Below are positions 1-10,355 of a stretch of DNA of 64,000 nt, piece after piece. The stretch covers positions 1,088,001 to 1,152,000 of the forward strand of contig CAWGAA010000001.1 in the NCBI GenBank assembly GCA_963820525.1, written 5' to 3'. The stretch is from an uncultured Spirochaetota bacterium (lineage in GTDB: Bacteria; Spirochaetota; Spirochaetia; SZUA-6; Fen-1364). The translations under genes were made by a program, and so were the position numbers. The notes beneath the pieces are model-generated. The model worked only from the letters and a program-made list of their open reading frames with translations, was not told the DNA's origin and ran no database searches. How positions within the stretch are numbered: position 1 is the first letter of the stretch; every line of letters starts with the position of its first letter.

Positions 1-993
1 GAACTTGAGGGTTTGCATCATCTGACGGCCGTAACCGGAAATCCGTCGATCAACGTCGGTTTCTACACCGAGGTGCTGGGCCTGCGCATGGTGAAAAAGA
101 CCGTGAACCAGGACGATGTCGGCGCCTATCACCTTTTTTATGGAGACGATGCCGGTCATCCCGGCACCGAAGTGACATTTTTCGACTGGCCTCACGCCGG
201 ACTGACCGTGCGGGGCGCGGGCACCATCACACTGACCGCCCTGAGGGTCCCCGGCCTCGCCGCCGTGGAGAACTGGGCGCAGCGTCTGACACGGTTCGGA
301 GTCCCGCATGAGGGAATTTCCGATTACAGCGGCAGGGCTTCGATCGCCTTTCGCGATCCCGAGGGGCAGCGCCTGGAGCTGGTGGATGACGGCGGCAAAC
401 CAGGCGGAGTCCCATGTGGGAAAAGCCCGGTGCCTGAGGAGATGTACATCCGAGGGCTTCATGCCGTACACATCCCCGTGAGGCGGCCCGATCCTACAGC
501 GCGGCTCCTCACCGAGGTCCTGGGCTTCAGGCTGGCCGCTGAATACCATCGGCCGGATGGATCCGTCGTGCTCGTCTTTGATGTGGGATCGGGGGGGCCG
601 GGGGCCGAGATCCACCTGGAGGAACAGCGGAATCTTCTCCCGGGCCGCGTCGGCATCGGCGGCGTGCATCACGTGGCATTCAGGACTCCGGACGATGAGC
701 AACATCGTGCATGGCAGCATCGGCTGGCGGAGGCGGGAGTCGGAGTCACGCCGATCATCGACCGGTTCTACTTCCACTCCATCTATTTCCGTGAGCCCGG
801 CGGCGTGCTCTTCGAGATCGCCACGGACGGGCCGGGATTCGCCACTGATGAAGAGTCGACCCATCTCGGCGAGAGGCTTGCCCTTCCGCCGTTCCTGGAA
901 CCCCGCCGCGCACAGATCGAGGCGGGCCTGAGACCCATCAATCCCGTACAGATGGCGGCGGCGAACGGGCAGCTTTCGGACAGATCAACTTAA
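1..993 (+). CDS. Ring-cleaving dioxygenase, glyoxalase/VOC family (MhqA/MhqO-like); 5' end probably outside the window
   Basis: GLHHLTAV, KKTVNQDD..YHLFYGD, VHHVAFR and DRFYFHSIYFREPGGVLFEIATDGPGF motifs; frame open from base 1. Confidence 0.9.
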   Translation, partial: ELEGLHHLTAVTGNPSINVGFYTEVLGLRMVKKTVNQDDVGAYHLFYGDDAGHPGTEVTFFDWPHAGLTVRGAGTITLTALRVPGLAAVENWAQRLTRFGVPHEGISDYSGRASIAFRDPEGQRLELVDDGGKPGGVPCGKSPVPEEMYIRGLHAVHIPVRRPDPTARLLTEVLGFRLAAEYHRPDGSVVLVFDVGSGGPGAEIHLEEQRNLLPGRVGIGGVHHVAFRTPDDEQHRAWQHRLAEAGVGVTPIIDRFYFHSIYFREPGGVLFEIATDGPGFATDEESTHLGERLALPPFLEPRRAQIEAGLRPINPVQMAAANGQLSDRST

Positions 994-1003
994 GGAGGTT
1001 TTT

Positions 1004-1627
1004 ATGGAGTTCAATTCTCTTCCCACAAAGGAGCGGATCAAAAAAGTGCTGGAAGCGGTCAATTCGCGCGGCATCAAGGCTCAATTGGTGGAGACGAAGG
1101 AAGAAGCGCTGGAAAAAGTGAGAAGCATGATTCCTGGCGGAGCCGACGTCATGACGGGCGCCTCGATCACGCTCCAGCAGATCGGCTTCGAGGATCTTCT
1201 CGTCTCGGGCAAGCATCCCTGGCATAATTTGAAGGACGGTATTCTAGCCGAAAAAGACATGGCGAAGCAGGCGACGCTTCGAAAGCAGGGCACGATGTCG
1301 GAGTACTTCTTGGGCAGCGTGCACGCAATCGCTGAAACGGGAGAGATTGTCTTCGCCAGCGCCACGGGAAGCCAGCTTCCGGCCTACGCTTTTTCCAGCA
1401 GCAATGTGATCTGGGTGGCCGGAGCCCAAAAAATCACGTCATCCCTGGAAATGGCGATCAAGAGGATACGTGAATATATCGTGCCCCTCGAGGATCAGCA
1501 CATGAAACAGCTTTACGGACCGCAAGCCGCCACCATGATCGGAAAAATGCTGGTATTCGAGCGCGAATCACCCATGCTTCATCGCAACGTGAACCTCATT
1601 ATGGTCAATGAGGTATTGGGTTTTTAA
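1004..1627 (+). CDS. LUD-domain (lactate utilization LutC/YkgG-like) protein
   Basis: AAGGAGG RBS; YFLGSVHAIAETGEIV..SATGSQL..VIWVAGAQKI pattern. Confidence 0.8.
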   Translation: MEFNSLPTKERIKKVLEAVNSRGIKAQLVETKEEALEKVRSMIPGGADVMTGASITLQQIGFEDLLVSGKHPWHNLKDGILAEKDMAKQATLRKQGTMSEYFLGSVHAIAETGEIVFASATGSQLPAYAFSSSNVIWVAGAQKITSSLEMAIKRIREYIVPLEDQHMKQLYGPQAATMIGKMLVFERESPMLHRNVNLIMVNEVLGF

Positions 1628-1645
1628 AGGGAGAGGAATCAGAAC

Positions 1646-2287
1646 ATGAAAATCGCTCTAGTCGGGGCATCGGGATTCGTCGGAGGATTCATATTGAAAG
1701 AGGCCCTCAGCCGCGGTCACGCGGTAACGGCAATATGCCGTCATCCGGAAAAATTGACCGGGCAGCCGAACCTCACCATTATAATGGGCGATGTTCTGGA
1801 TGAGGGCGGATTCGCCAAAAGCATTTCAGGGCATGACATTGTCATCAGCGCTTTCAATCCCGGATGGAGCAATCCGGAGATTTACAGCGACTACGTGAAG
1901 GGAATGCACGCGATCATCAAAGGGGTCAAGAAGTCCCGCGTAAAACGGCTCCTGGTAGTGGGCGGCGCAGGGAGCCTCGAAATCAAGCCGGGTCTTCAGC
2001 TGGTTGATACCCCTGAGTTTCCCGCCCAATTCAAAGATGGCGCTCTGGGTGCCAGGGAAGCGCTGAACATTCTCAAAAAAGAAACGGAGCTGGATTGGAC
2101 TTTGGTATCCCCATCGATCACGCTGCAGCCGGGGGAACGTACCGGCAAATTCAGATTGGGGACCGATCAATTGCTGTTTGACGGCAAAGGGGAAAGCAAG
2201 ATTTCAACACAGGACCTGGCAATGGCGATCCTGAATGAAGCCGAAAAGCCCCAATTCATCAGGAAGCGGTTTACAGTCGGCTATTGA
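1646..2287 (+). CDS. NAD(P)H-binding oxidoreductase (NADH-flavin reductase-like)
   Basis: N-terminal Rossmann motif MKIALVGASGFVG; RLLVVGGAGSL; RKRFTVGY terminus. Confidence 0.9.
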   Translation: MKIALVGASGFVGGFILKEALSRGHAVTAICRHPEKLTGQPNLTIIMGDVLDEGGFAKSISGHDIVISAFNPGWSNPEIYSDYVKGMHAIIKGVKKSRVKRLLVVGGAGSLEIKPGLQLVDTPEFPAQFKDGALGAREALNILKKETELDWTLVSPSITLQPGERTGKFRLGTDQLLFDGKGESKISTQDLAMAILNEAEKPQFIRKRFTVGY

Positions 2288-2424
2288 AATTGCTGCCTCC
2301 GCACGGACCCGATCCCGAAGAGAAAAATCCGGGTGTGCCCCGTACGCGGGGCGCCCGGTTTCGATCAAAGCACCACTCATGTCCGCCCTCGTGCGGGTCC
2401 CTCCAGCTTGAACCCTGGCAGCGG

Positions 2425-3266
2425 ATGAAACATAATCGGCCGCATAGAAGACGTTGACCGGCCCATCATCTCGGGAAGCGACTCGCCCATACCTGCCGGA
2501 TACTTCCGGATAATCCTTGTCCGGCAGGGCGCCGTGAGACTTGCGCAGGGAGGGGAGCGGAGGATCGTTCTGCCCCGAAGCGCCATCTTCATTCCTGCCG
2601 GCGTGTCGCGATGCATCGAGGCCGGAGGCGGCGCGGAGCTCGCGCAGGTGGCCTTCTGCAAAAGCGTCCTGGACCCGGAGATGCTGGGAGAGGCCGCGGA
2701 CGAGCTTTTTGCCATGCTTGGCTTGGGGCGGAACCCGGCGGCCCCTGAACCTTTAATCCGCGTCGCCCGCCTCCCACCTACCGCCTTCGACGAGGCGTGC
2801 GCTCTGCTGAAGCGTATCGAGGCAGAGCGCGGACAGAAACGGCCGGGAAGAGAGATCATGCAGAGGCTCGCCCTGGTGGAGCTCCTCGTTGTCGTTTATC
2901 GCTGCTTCCAATCAGGGCAGGAGGCACAAAACACCGGTCCCGCACGCTTCAGGATCGCGGAGGCGGTTGGCTACATCAGGGACCGCTACGCGGAGGAGCT
3001 TTCTCTACCTGAGCTCGCTTCCCGCTTCGGGCTCAACCCCAGCTACTTCTCGCGCCTCTTCACCAGACATACCGGCCTGCACGTCTTCGAGTATCTGAAC
3101 AGGATCCGCATCCAGAAAAGCTGCCTGCTGCTGAAGCGCTCTTCCATGAGCATTTTACAGATCGCGTTCTCCGTGGGCTATAACAACCTCTCCCATTTCA
3201 ACAGGTACTTTCCGGCGGATCATGGGAATGAGCCCGCGCGAGTACAGAAATCGAAGCGTAAAGTAA
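2425..3266 (+). CDS. AraC-family transcriptional regulator with two apparent +1 homopolymer frameshifts (near 2428 and 3208)
   Basis: AraC HTH LASRFGLNPSYFSRLF...IAFSVGYNNLSHFNRYF; removing one T at 3208-3211 restores RRIMGMSPREYR* (TAA 3264-3266); removing one A after ATG 2425 opens the N-terminus. Confidence 0.8.
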
Positions 3267-3343
3267 AAAAAGTATCAGTTTAATCCCGAATGGTGCCGGA
3301 ATCCGCATCCCGAAAAGCCCATACTTTCAATCAAGGAGGCGCC

Positions 3344-3577
3344 ATGGAAAAGCTTGAACAATTCCTGGAGGAATCCCCGATCGCAATACGGGTTACGCTC
3401 CCGACCAAAATCATCGTGCATGAGCTGAAGCTCAGTTACGCGGCCTTCGCGCCTTCCAACGGAAAAGTGTGCGAGCTGGAGGTGGGCGGCCGGCGCATCG
3501 CCAGGGGCAGAATCGTGCGCAGACGGGGTGAGTACTTTTTCAAGGTAGGAGAGATGGCGAAAGGAGGCGCGCAATGA
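3344..3577 (+). CDS. Small FliN/SpoA-like (FliMN_C) protein
   Basis: [36 protein letters not shown] resembles the SpoA beta-strands; ATGA overlap with fliN. Confidence 0.65.
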   Translation: MEKLEQFLEESPIAIRVTLPTKIIVHELKLSYAAFAPSNGKVCELEVGGRRIARGRIVRRRGEYFFKVGEMAKGGAQ

Positions 3578-3825
3578 AGCTGGGTCACCTGAAAGAAATC
3601 GGGGTTGAATTGAGAGTCGAGCTGGGCAGGGCGACGCGCAGCCTCGCCGACGTGGCGGGGATCAGCGAAGGAACAATCATTGAGCTGCACAAGCTTGCAG
3701 GCGAGCCGGTGGATCTCCTTGTCGCGGGTGAGCTCATCGCAAAAGGTGAAGTGGTGGTGATAGACGAGAGCTTCGGGATCCGCGTCACCGAGATGGTGGA
3801 AAAGGAGAAGGAGGCCGGAGAATGA
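3574..3825 (+). CDS. fliN: Flagellar motor switch protein FliN paralogue
   Basis: LRVELGR...[40 protein letters not shown] signature. Confidence 0.85.
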   Translation: MKLGHLKEIGVELRVELGRATRSLADVAGISEGTIIELHKLAGEPVDLLVAGELIAKGEVVVIDESFGIRVTEMVEKEKEAGE

Positions 3826-5642
3826 CCGACGCCCTGCACCAGATCAAGATCTACGATTTCAAAAGGCCGGACAAGTTTTCCAAAGACCAGATACGCACCG
3901 TCTCCATCATGCACGAGACCTTTGCGCGCCTGACAACCACCGCCCTATCGGGGCAACTGAGAAGCCTTTCATCCGTTCATGTGGCTTCGGTGGACCAGCT
4001 CACCTATGAGGAGTTCATCCGCTCCATTCCCAACCCGGCCACGATCGCTATTCTCTCCCTGTATCCGCTGAAGGGCTCAGCGCTGCTGGAGATCGACCCG
4101 GCAATCACCTTCTCCATCATCGACAGGCTGTTCGGCGGACAGGGGGACGGATGGAAGCTTTCGCGGGAGATCACCGGCATCGAAAGCTCTGTGATCGAGG
4201 GCAGCGTCGTCCAGATGCTCGGCGCCCTCCCCGAGTCCTGGAAAAACGTGATCGACCTGAAACCCGGGCTGACGCGCATAGAGACCAATCCCCAGTTCGC
4301 TCAGGTCGTGCCGCCGCATGAGATGATCGTGCTCGTGTCCCTTTCCGTGGAAATGGGAGAGGCGCGGGGAATGATGAACCTCGCCCTTCCCTACCTCACC
4401 ATCGAGCCGATCATCCATAAGCTTTCAGCGCAATACATGTACTCAGTGTTCAGGAGGAAGGGCAGTCCCCAGATGGCCAGGGCTTCCTTCAAGCTGGATC
4501 TTCCCGTCGAAGTTTATCTTGAAGGGGCAAGGCTTTCTCTGCGCGATCTGGGTGGGTTGAAGAGAGGCAGCCTCGTGAAGATTTCCGGTTACCGGCAGGG
4601 CAAGGCGTTCCTCCGCATGGGCGGGCGCACCCTCTTCGGCCTGAAGGCCCGGCCCGGCGGGAGGGGAAAGCCTGCAACCTACGAGGTCGTGAGCGGGGTT
4701 TCAAAAGAAAGCATACCCTTCCTCGAGCCCATAGAGAAAATAGGCGAACCCTCGGAGCTGGAAACCATAGAGGCGGGGATGCGCGAGGCTTTGCTGGAGC
4801 TGGGCTCCAAGATAAGCGAGTCCCTTGCCGGCATGAAAAACTCCATCGGGGCGCTGCAGAAGAAGCAGGACGAGATGGCAGACCAGCTGGCTTTCGGAGC
4901 GCAGGAACAGGAAGCCCCCGATATGAAGAGAGGCGCGGAGCATGCAAGACCGTTCGACTTCCTTGGCCGGGCGGACCCTGAGCACTTCCTGAGCGTCATC
5001 CAGCACGAGCACCCGCAACTGATAGCGCTGATCCTCTCCTATCTCGAGCCGCAGAGGGCTTCCGCCATCCTCGGAAGTCTCCCTGCGGAGCTTCAGCCCG
5101 ACGTGGCAAAGAGGATTGCCGGCATGGGCCGTACCCATCCCGAGGTCCTCCGCGAGGTGGAGCGGGCATTGGAGAAGCAGCTCTCCGTGCTTTCCTCGGA
5201 GGACTACGCCGAGGCGGGCGGCGTGGAGGGCCTGGTCGAGATCCTCAACATGGCGAATCGCTCCACGGAGAGATTCGTGGTCGACTCGCTGGAGAAGAAG
5301 GACGCGAAGCTGGCCGAAGAGATCAAGCGGAGGATGTTCGTCTTCGAGGACATCGTGCTTCTGGAAAAAAAGGACGTGGAGAAAGTGGTGAAGAAGGCGG
5401 AGACGGACGTCCTGCTCCGCGCCATGAAAGCCGCTCCCGATGAAGTAAAGACCTTCATCTGGGGATGTCTGCCGCCTGAGGACGTGGAGAGGCTCACGCT
5501 GCGATTGAAAGAGCTGGGTCCGGTCCGGCTGCACGAGGTGGAGCGTGCCCAGCAGAGGGTTGTCGGCGTGATTCGGGAGATGGAAGAGGCTGGAGAGATC
5601 GTCGTGGCCCGAGCGGGTGAGCAGACGAAGATCGTGGAATAG
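3822..5642 (+). CDS. fliM-fliG: FliM-FliG fusion protein (FliM middle domain, SpoA-like segment, FliG middle and C-terminal domains)
   Basis: FliM motifs [37 protein letters not shown]; FliG motifs EHPQ (5007-5018), GGVE, MFVFEDI, GPVRL..VE.AQ in one uninterrupted 606-aa ORF. Confidence 0.85.
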   Translation: MTDALHQIKIYDFKRPDKFSKDQIRTVSIMHETFARLTTTALSGQLRSLSSVHVASVDQLTYEEFIRSIPNPATIAILSLYPLKGSALLEIDPAITFSIIDRLFGGQGDGWKLSREITGIESSVIEGSVVQMLGALPESWKNVIDLKPGLTRIETNPQFAQVVPPHEMIVLVSLSVEMGEARGMMNLALPYLTIEPIIHKLSAQYMYSVFRRKGSPQMARASFKLDLPVEVYLEGARLSLRDLGGLKRGSLVKISGYRQGKAFLRMGGRTLFGLKARPGGRGKPATYEVVSGVSKESIPFLEPIEKIGEPSELETIEAGMREALLELGSKISESLAGMKNSIGALQKKQDEMADQLAFGAQEQEAPDMKRGAEHARPFDFLGRADPEHFLSVIQHEHPQLIALILSYLEPQRASAILGSLPAELQPDVAKRIAGMGRTHPEVLREVERALEKQLSVLSSEDYAEAGGVEGLVEILNMANRSTERFVVDSLEKKDAKLAEEIKRRMFVFEDIVLLEKKDVEKVVKKAETDVLLRAMKAAPDEVKTFIWGCLPPEDVERLTLRLKELGPVRLHEVERAQQRVVGVIREMEEAGEIVVARAGEQTKIVE

Positions 5643-5653
5643 AGACGCAGGGA

Positions 5654-5845
5654 ATGGACCATCCCCTATTGACTGGGGTGGTGCCCGTGGCGCACGGCGA
5701 GCACACGCATGCCATGATCGCCGGATCGAAGCTCGTCACCTATCCCACGGGGGGACACCTCATGGCCGGCCGGCTAGAAGGCTTTCTCTCCACTGCGAGG
5801 CAAGCCGCAGGGCTGCGCCCCCGGCTCATCCGCCGGAGTAGCTGA
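5654..5845 (+). pseudogene. Probable C-terminal fragment of an alpha/beta hydrolase
   Basis: VVPVAHGEHTHAMIAGSKLVTYPTGGHL resembles the catalytic-His region; no N-terminus. Confidence 0.4.
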
Positions 5846-6965
5846 TCCGATAGATGGCTCCGGCCGCATCATCTGAAACCAGCAGGGCGCCGTCCGGCAT
5901 GACCTGTACGTCAACCGGCCTGCCCCATGCGGTTCGGTTGACAAGCCAGCCCTCGGCAAAGGGCTGGTAGGAAATCGCCTTTCCGCCACTCAACTTCACC
6001 AGGCTGACACGATATCCAATGGGCGTGGTCCTGTTCCATGAGCCGTGCTCGGCGATGAAGATCTGGTTCCTGTACTCCGCGGGGAACATCCCGCCGGTAT
6101 AGAATCTCATCCCGAGCGCGGCCACGTGGGGCCCCAAGAGGATAGCGGGCGGAGTGAAAAGGGATAAATCCTTGTTCTGGCCCAGCTCGGGGTCATGGAT
6201 ATAGCCGGCATGGACATAGGGATAGCCGAAATGGAGCCCCGGCTGCGGGGCCTTGTTCAGCTCGTCAGGAGGCTGGTTGTCCCCCAGCCAGTCCCTGCCG
6301 TTGTCCGTAAACCACAACTCCCCGGTGGCTGGATCCCAGTCGAATCCGACGGTGTTTCGTATTCCCCGCGCAAAGATCTCCATGTCCGAGCCGTCGGGCT
6401 TCATCCGCGTGATGGAGGCGTATGGGTCGGGGCGCTCGCAGATGTTGCACGGCGCGCCGATTGGCACGTAGAGAAGCCCGTCGGGCCCGAAGCGGATGAA
6501 CTTCCAGCCGTGCGTTTCGTTGGTGGGCAGACGGTCCGTAACCACCACGGGCGCGGGAGGAGATCCGAGTGAGCTTTCTATCCTGTCGTAGCGGAGGATG
6601 CGGCTAACCTCTGCCACGTACAGAGACCCGTCCCGGAATGCGACTCCATTGGGCATGTGGAGGCCGCTGGCGATGGTGAGCACCTTTCGGGGTCCCGATG
6701 CCGGGCGCACGGCATTCGGGATGGCATAGACCTTCCCTATGTCACGGGTGCCGATAAAAAGGGTCCCGCTCTCGCCAAGAGCCAGGGAGCGCGCGCCGGG
6801 AACATTCGGCGCGAATACCTCGATCTTGAAGCCAGGCGGGAGGCGGATTTGGTCCAGGCGAGGATCTCCCGGGCGGAAGGCCGCCCCGCAGCCAAAGAGG
6901 AAAAGAGACAACAAGAGCATCGAAAAGATTCGCGGTTCTGCTCGCTCGAAGGACTTTCTCTTCAT
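5826..6965 (-). CDS. PQQ-dependent sugar/sorbosone dehydrogenase family beta-propeller lipoprotein
   Basis: LFLFGC lipobox-like signal; FGPDGLLYVPIGAPCN, GIRNTVGFDW, AEHGSWNR, GRPVDV..PDGALLVSDD motifs. Confidence 0.9.
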   Translation of the reverse strand: MKRKSFERAEPRIFSMLLLSLFLFGCGAAFRPGDPRLDQIRLPPGFKIEVFAPNVPGARSLALGESGTLFIGTRDIGKVYAIPNAVRPASGPRKVLTIASGLHMPNGVAFRDGSLYVAEVSRILRYDRIESSLGSPPAPVVVTDRLPTNETHGWKFIRFGPDGLLYVPIGAPCNICERPDPYASITRMKPDGSDMEIFARGIRNTVGFDWDPATGELWFTDNGRDWLGDNQPPDELNKAPQPGLHFGYPYVHAGYIHDPELGQNKDLSLFTPPAILLGPHVAALGMRFYTGGMFPAEYRNQIFIAEHGSWNRTTPIGYRVSLVKLSGGKAISYQPFAEGWLVNRTAWGRPVDVQVMPDGALLVSDDAAGAIYRISYSGG

Positions 6966-7124
6966 AAAGGAAATATACGTGTTGATCTGTGGGAGAGGAT
7001 ACAGAGGTGGGGCTCGCCGCCGCCGGCGCTGCAAAATGCGAGCACTCTCGACCCCGCGCGCGCATCCTGGCGCGCTGGACCCCTTGACATATTCGGCCCT
7101 TTTATGGTCTGGTAAATTCGACTT

Positions 7125-7197
7125 TCCCCTGTAGCTCAGCTGGTAGAGCGGGTGGCTGTTAACCACTAGGTCGGCGGTTCGAGTCCGTCCGGGGGAG
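7125..7197 (+). tRNA. tRNA-Asn (anticodon GTT at 7158-7160); CCA not encoded
   Basis: Cloverleaf: acceptor TCCCCTG/CGGGGGA, D-arm GCTC-AGCTGGTA-GAGC, anticodon arm GGTGG-CTGTTAA-CCACT, T-arm GGCGG-TTCGAGT-CCGTC. Confidence 0.97.
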
Positions 7198-7211
7198 CTG
7201 AGACCGAGTCG

Positions 7212-7251
7212 AACAGGCCCTTTTATGGTTAACACTATAGGAGGGCCTGTT
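7212..7251 (+). terminator. 18-bp hairpin downstream of the tRNA (part of the reusable 'R1' att arm)
   Basis: AACAGGCCCTTTTATGGT-TAAC-ACTATAGGAGGGCCTGTT with G-U pairs; T-rich tail. Confidence 0.7.
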
Positions 7252-7276
7252 TCGTTTCGGCGTAAGCCAGTCACCA

Positions 7277-7414
7277 TCAGCTTGTCACGTTCTTTCGGAG
7301 TTCATGCCAGCTATTTGCCTCGGTGATGATGCTCTCACTGAGACATTCTGCGACAAATCCGCCATCCTGCTCTTGAAGTACTTCGAAAACGAGTTTGCCA
7401 TTTAGAGTCGCCAT
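7277..7414 (-). pseudogene. hicB: Truncated HicB-family antitoxin (45 aa, below the ORF-track cutoff)
   Basis: MATLNGKLVFEVLQEQDGGFVAECLSESIITEANSWHELRKNVTS*; similar to 33783-33995. Confidence 0.65.
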
Positions 7415-7640
7415 AGGCTATGTTCTTACTAGACTACTGACTCGTTTGTCGACGAATATTCAAAAGGGGTCAGTTTCTCCTTGTTCTTTTGCTCATGGCG
7501 GCTGGCTCGAAGCTCGTCAATCTGGGCGGGCGACTCCTGTGTTCCGCCGCCGGTCTTGAAAACCTCAGCGCTTCGCGATAAAGATAGCGGGGAGATGAGA
7601 AATTCGGGCCAAGAGCCACGACGCACCTGAAAAGCAGAGC

Positions 7641-10118
7641 ATGACAGACAGACAAGAGTTGCAGAACGAGATCTCACGCGAGGATACCCGGCTCACCGTC
7701 CTCAAAGCCGAAGTGGAGAAAAGCAACACCCGCTTAAACGCGCTTCGTGAGCAGCTCGCCGCTGAGCCGCCCCTGCAGATCGCCGTCCCCAGGCTGCCGG
7801 CTCCAGAGACAACACCGACACCGATGACGAATGCGGCCAAGGTCGCCCTTTTCCGGTCGCTTTTCCGAGGCCGCGAAGACGTCTTCCCGCGACGCTGGGA
7901 GAACGCGAAGAATGGCAAATCCGGCTACTCACCGGCCTGCACTAACGAGTGGGAGTACGGATTGTGCGCGAAGAAGAAGGGGCTCAACGCCAGCCGGCGT
8001 GTTCACTGCTGTGAGTGCCCCAGCCAGGCATTCATCCCGGTTTCAGACGAGGAGATCGCCAAGCACCTGCGAGGGGACCAGATCATGGGGGTCTATCCCC
8101 TCCTGCCAGACGATACGTGCTGGTTCCTCGCAGCCGATTTCGACAAGAAAACGTGGCATGATGATGTCATGGCGTTTATCGAGACCTGCGACACACACGG
8201 TATCCCCGTGGCGATCGAGCGATCCCGCTCGGGCAACGGCGCGCACGCCTGGTTTTTCTTCGCATCGCCTGTGCCCGCGGCAACAGCACGCAAGCTCGGC
8301 TGCTTTCTCATCACCGAGACCATGGCACATCGGCACCAGCTCTCGATGGAATCGTACGATCGCCTATTCCCCAACCAGGACACCATGCCGAAGGGCGGAT
8401 TCGGCAATCTGATCGCACTCCCTTTCCAACGTCATTCGCGCGACGCGGGCAACACCGTGTTAGTCGATGCCGTCCGAAAGCCCTGGTCCGATCAGTGGAC
8501 CTTTCTCGCCGGCATCAAGCGCCTCGATGCGACCTTCATCCACGCCCTCGCCGAAGAGGCCGCGAGTCGCGGGCAGGTGATCGGCGTCCGTGTAAGCGAG
8601 ACACTCGACGATGACGATCTGACGCCCTGGACCCGACCGCCTTCCGGACGCCCGAGAAAGGTCGTGATCACCGCGCCCCTACCTCCTAAGGTGAAGGCGG
8701 TCCTGAGCCAACGCTTGTTTATCGAGAAGGCCGGTTTGCCGTCGCCCCTGCTCAACGAGCTCAAACGCCTTGCTGCATTCCAGAATCCAGAGTTCTACAG
8801 GAAGCAGAGCATGCGCCTCTCAACGGTGCTCACGCCCAGGGTGATCGCGTGTGCCGAGGACTCCCCCGAACACATCACTCTTCCGCGCGGCTGTTTGCCC
8901 GATGCCGAGGCTTTGCTTCGCCAGAATGGAGTCGCGATAGATGTCAAGGACAAGCGTGAAGGCGGGACGCGGTCGACTTCGCATTCCAGGGCACCCTCAC
9001 CCCACTCCAGGAGTTTGCCGTGAAGGCGCTCCTCGAACATGATACCGGCGTGTGTGTCGCGCCGCCGGGCGTCGGCAAGACCGTAGTCGGCGCGTACCTA
9101 ATAGCAGCCCGGAAGACTAGCACGCTCATCCTCGTCTATCGCAAGCCGCTCCTCGACCAGTGGATCGGCCAACTGTCAATGTTCCTCGGCATCGGGCCCA
9201 AGGACATCGGCCGGATCGGCGCGGGGAAATCTAAACCCAATGGCCGGCTCGATGTGGCCATGGTCCAGAGCCTCGCGCGAAAAGGGAAGGTCGCAGATCT
9301 CGTCGCAGGCTACGGCCAGGTAATCGGTAATCCAAGACGAGGTCCATCATGCACCGTGTGTGAGCTTCGAGCGTGTTCTGGCCGAGGTGAAGGCCAGGTA
9401 CCTCGTCGGCCTCACCGCGACTCCACAGCGCCGAGACGGGCTCCATCCCATTCTCCACATGCAGCTCGGTCCGATCCGGTTTACGGCAGACGCGAAGAGC
9501 CAGACAGCCCAACGGCCGTTCGACCACAAGCTCGTCGTCAGAGAGACGGGGTTCTCACCCACTGGCCACACGGCCGATGCTGGAATCCAGGAGCTCTACG
9601 CGGCACTCGCCGCCGACAAGAAGCGCAACGACCTCATCTTCGACGACGTGCTGTGTGCTCTCGAGGAGAAGCGCTCGCCCATCCTGCTCACGGAACGGCG
9701 GGAGCATTTGGAACACTTCGCCGACCGGCTTCAACGCTTCACTTGACATCTTATCGTGCTCCACGGCGGCATGAAAGACAAGGAGCGACGTGAGGTTCTC
9801 TTGAAGCTCGCCGGGATCCCCGACGGAGAGGAGAGGCTTATCATCGCGACCGGCAGGTACATCGGCGAAGGCTTCGACGACGCCCGGCTCGACACCCTGT
9901 TTCTCGCGTTGCCTGTCTCATGGAAGGGGACGCTCGTCCAGTACACCGGCCGGCTGCATCGCCTGCATGCGGGCAAGACCGAGGTTCGGATCTACGACTA
10001 CGTTGACAGTGCGGTCCGGATGTTGTTGAAGATGTTCGAGAAGCGGCTTCGCGGCTACAGGGCGATCGGATACGTCCGTGACGAGGAGGTGCTTCGAAAC
10101 CCCGAGGATAGGACATGA
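7641..10118 (+). pseudogene. AEP-primase-like (TOTE-conflict type) domain fused to a superfamily II DExH helicase; disrupted
   Basis: CWFLAADFD, IERSRSGNGAHAW, FGNLIALP; Walker A APPGVGKT; DEVHH; GLTATP.RRDG; GEGFD..RLDTL; frameshift ~8968, 7-bp duplication 9319-9332, in-frame TGA 9744-9746. Confidence 0.85.
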
Positions 10119-10126
10119 GGAAAATA

Positions 10127-10353
10127 ATGGCCGCAGATAAGAGAAAGCCGTCAAAGAAGAAGGGGCATAGCAGGACTCCGTCGAACGCGAGGCTCGAGCG
10201 GATCGATATGACGATGACGAGCATATTGTCGCGGTCTGTACGCACGGGAAGTCGCCCCAACGCGTCCCGATCCTTGACCCACCGCTGCCTGACCCACTTC
10301 CCGCTGGCGCGGAGTGGATCGACGCATTTCGCCGCTGGGCACGAGGGAGATAA
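10127..10353 (+). pseudogene. Internally deleted/frameshifted CcbP-like ('calcium-binding') small protein
   Basis: Alternative frame gives DDEHIVAVCTHGKSPQRVPILDPPLPDPLPAGAEWIDAFRRWARGR*; the N-terminal ARLE joins directly to RID. Confidence 0.55.
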
Positions 10354-10355
10354 TC

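Noticed and set aside
6966..7277. N-terminal extension of the 483-aa ORF 5826..7277
   Set aside because: It is the antisense of the tRNA and its flanks; the real gene most likely starts at 6965.
9744..9746. Stop-codon recoding or selenocysteine at in-frame stops (helicase TGA, pfkA TAG)
   Set aside because: The same genes carry other lesions, and TGA, TAG and TAA all terminate normal genes in this window.
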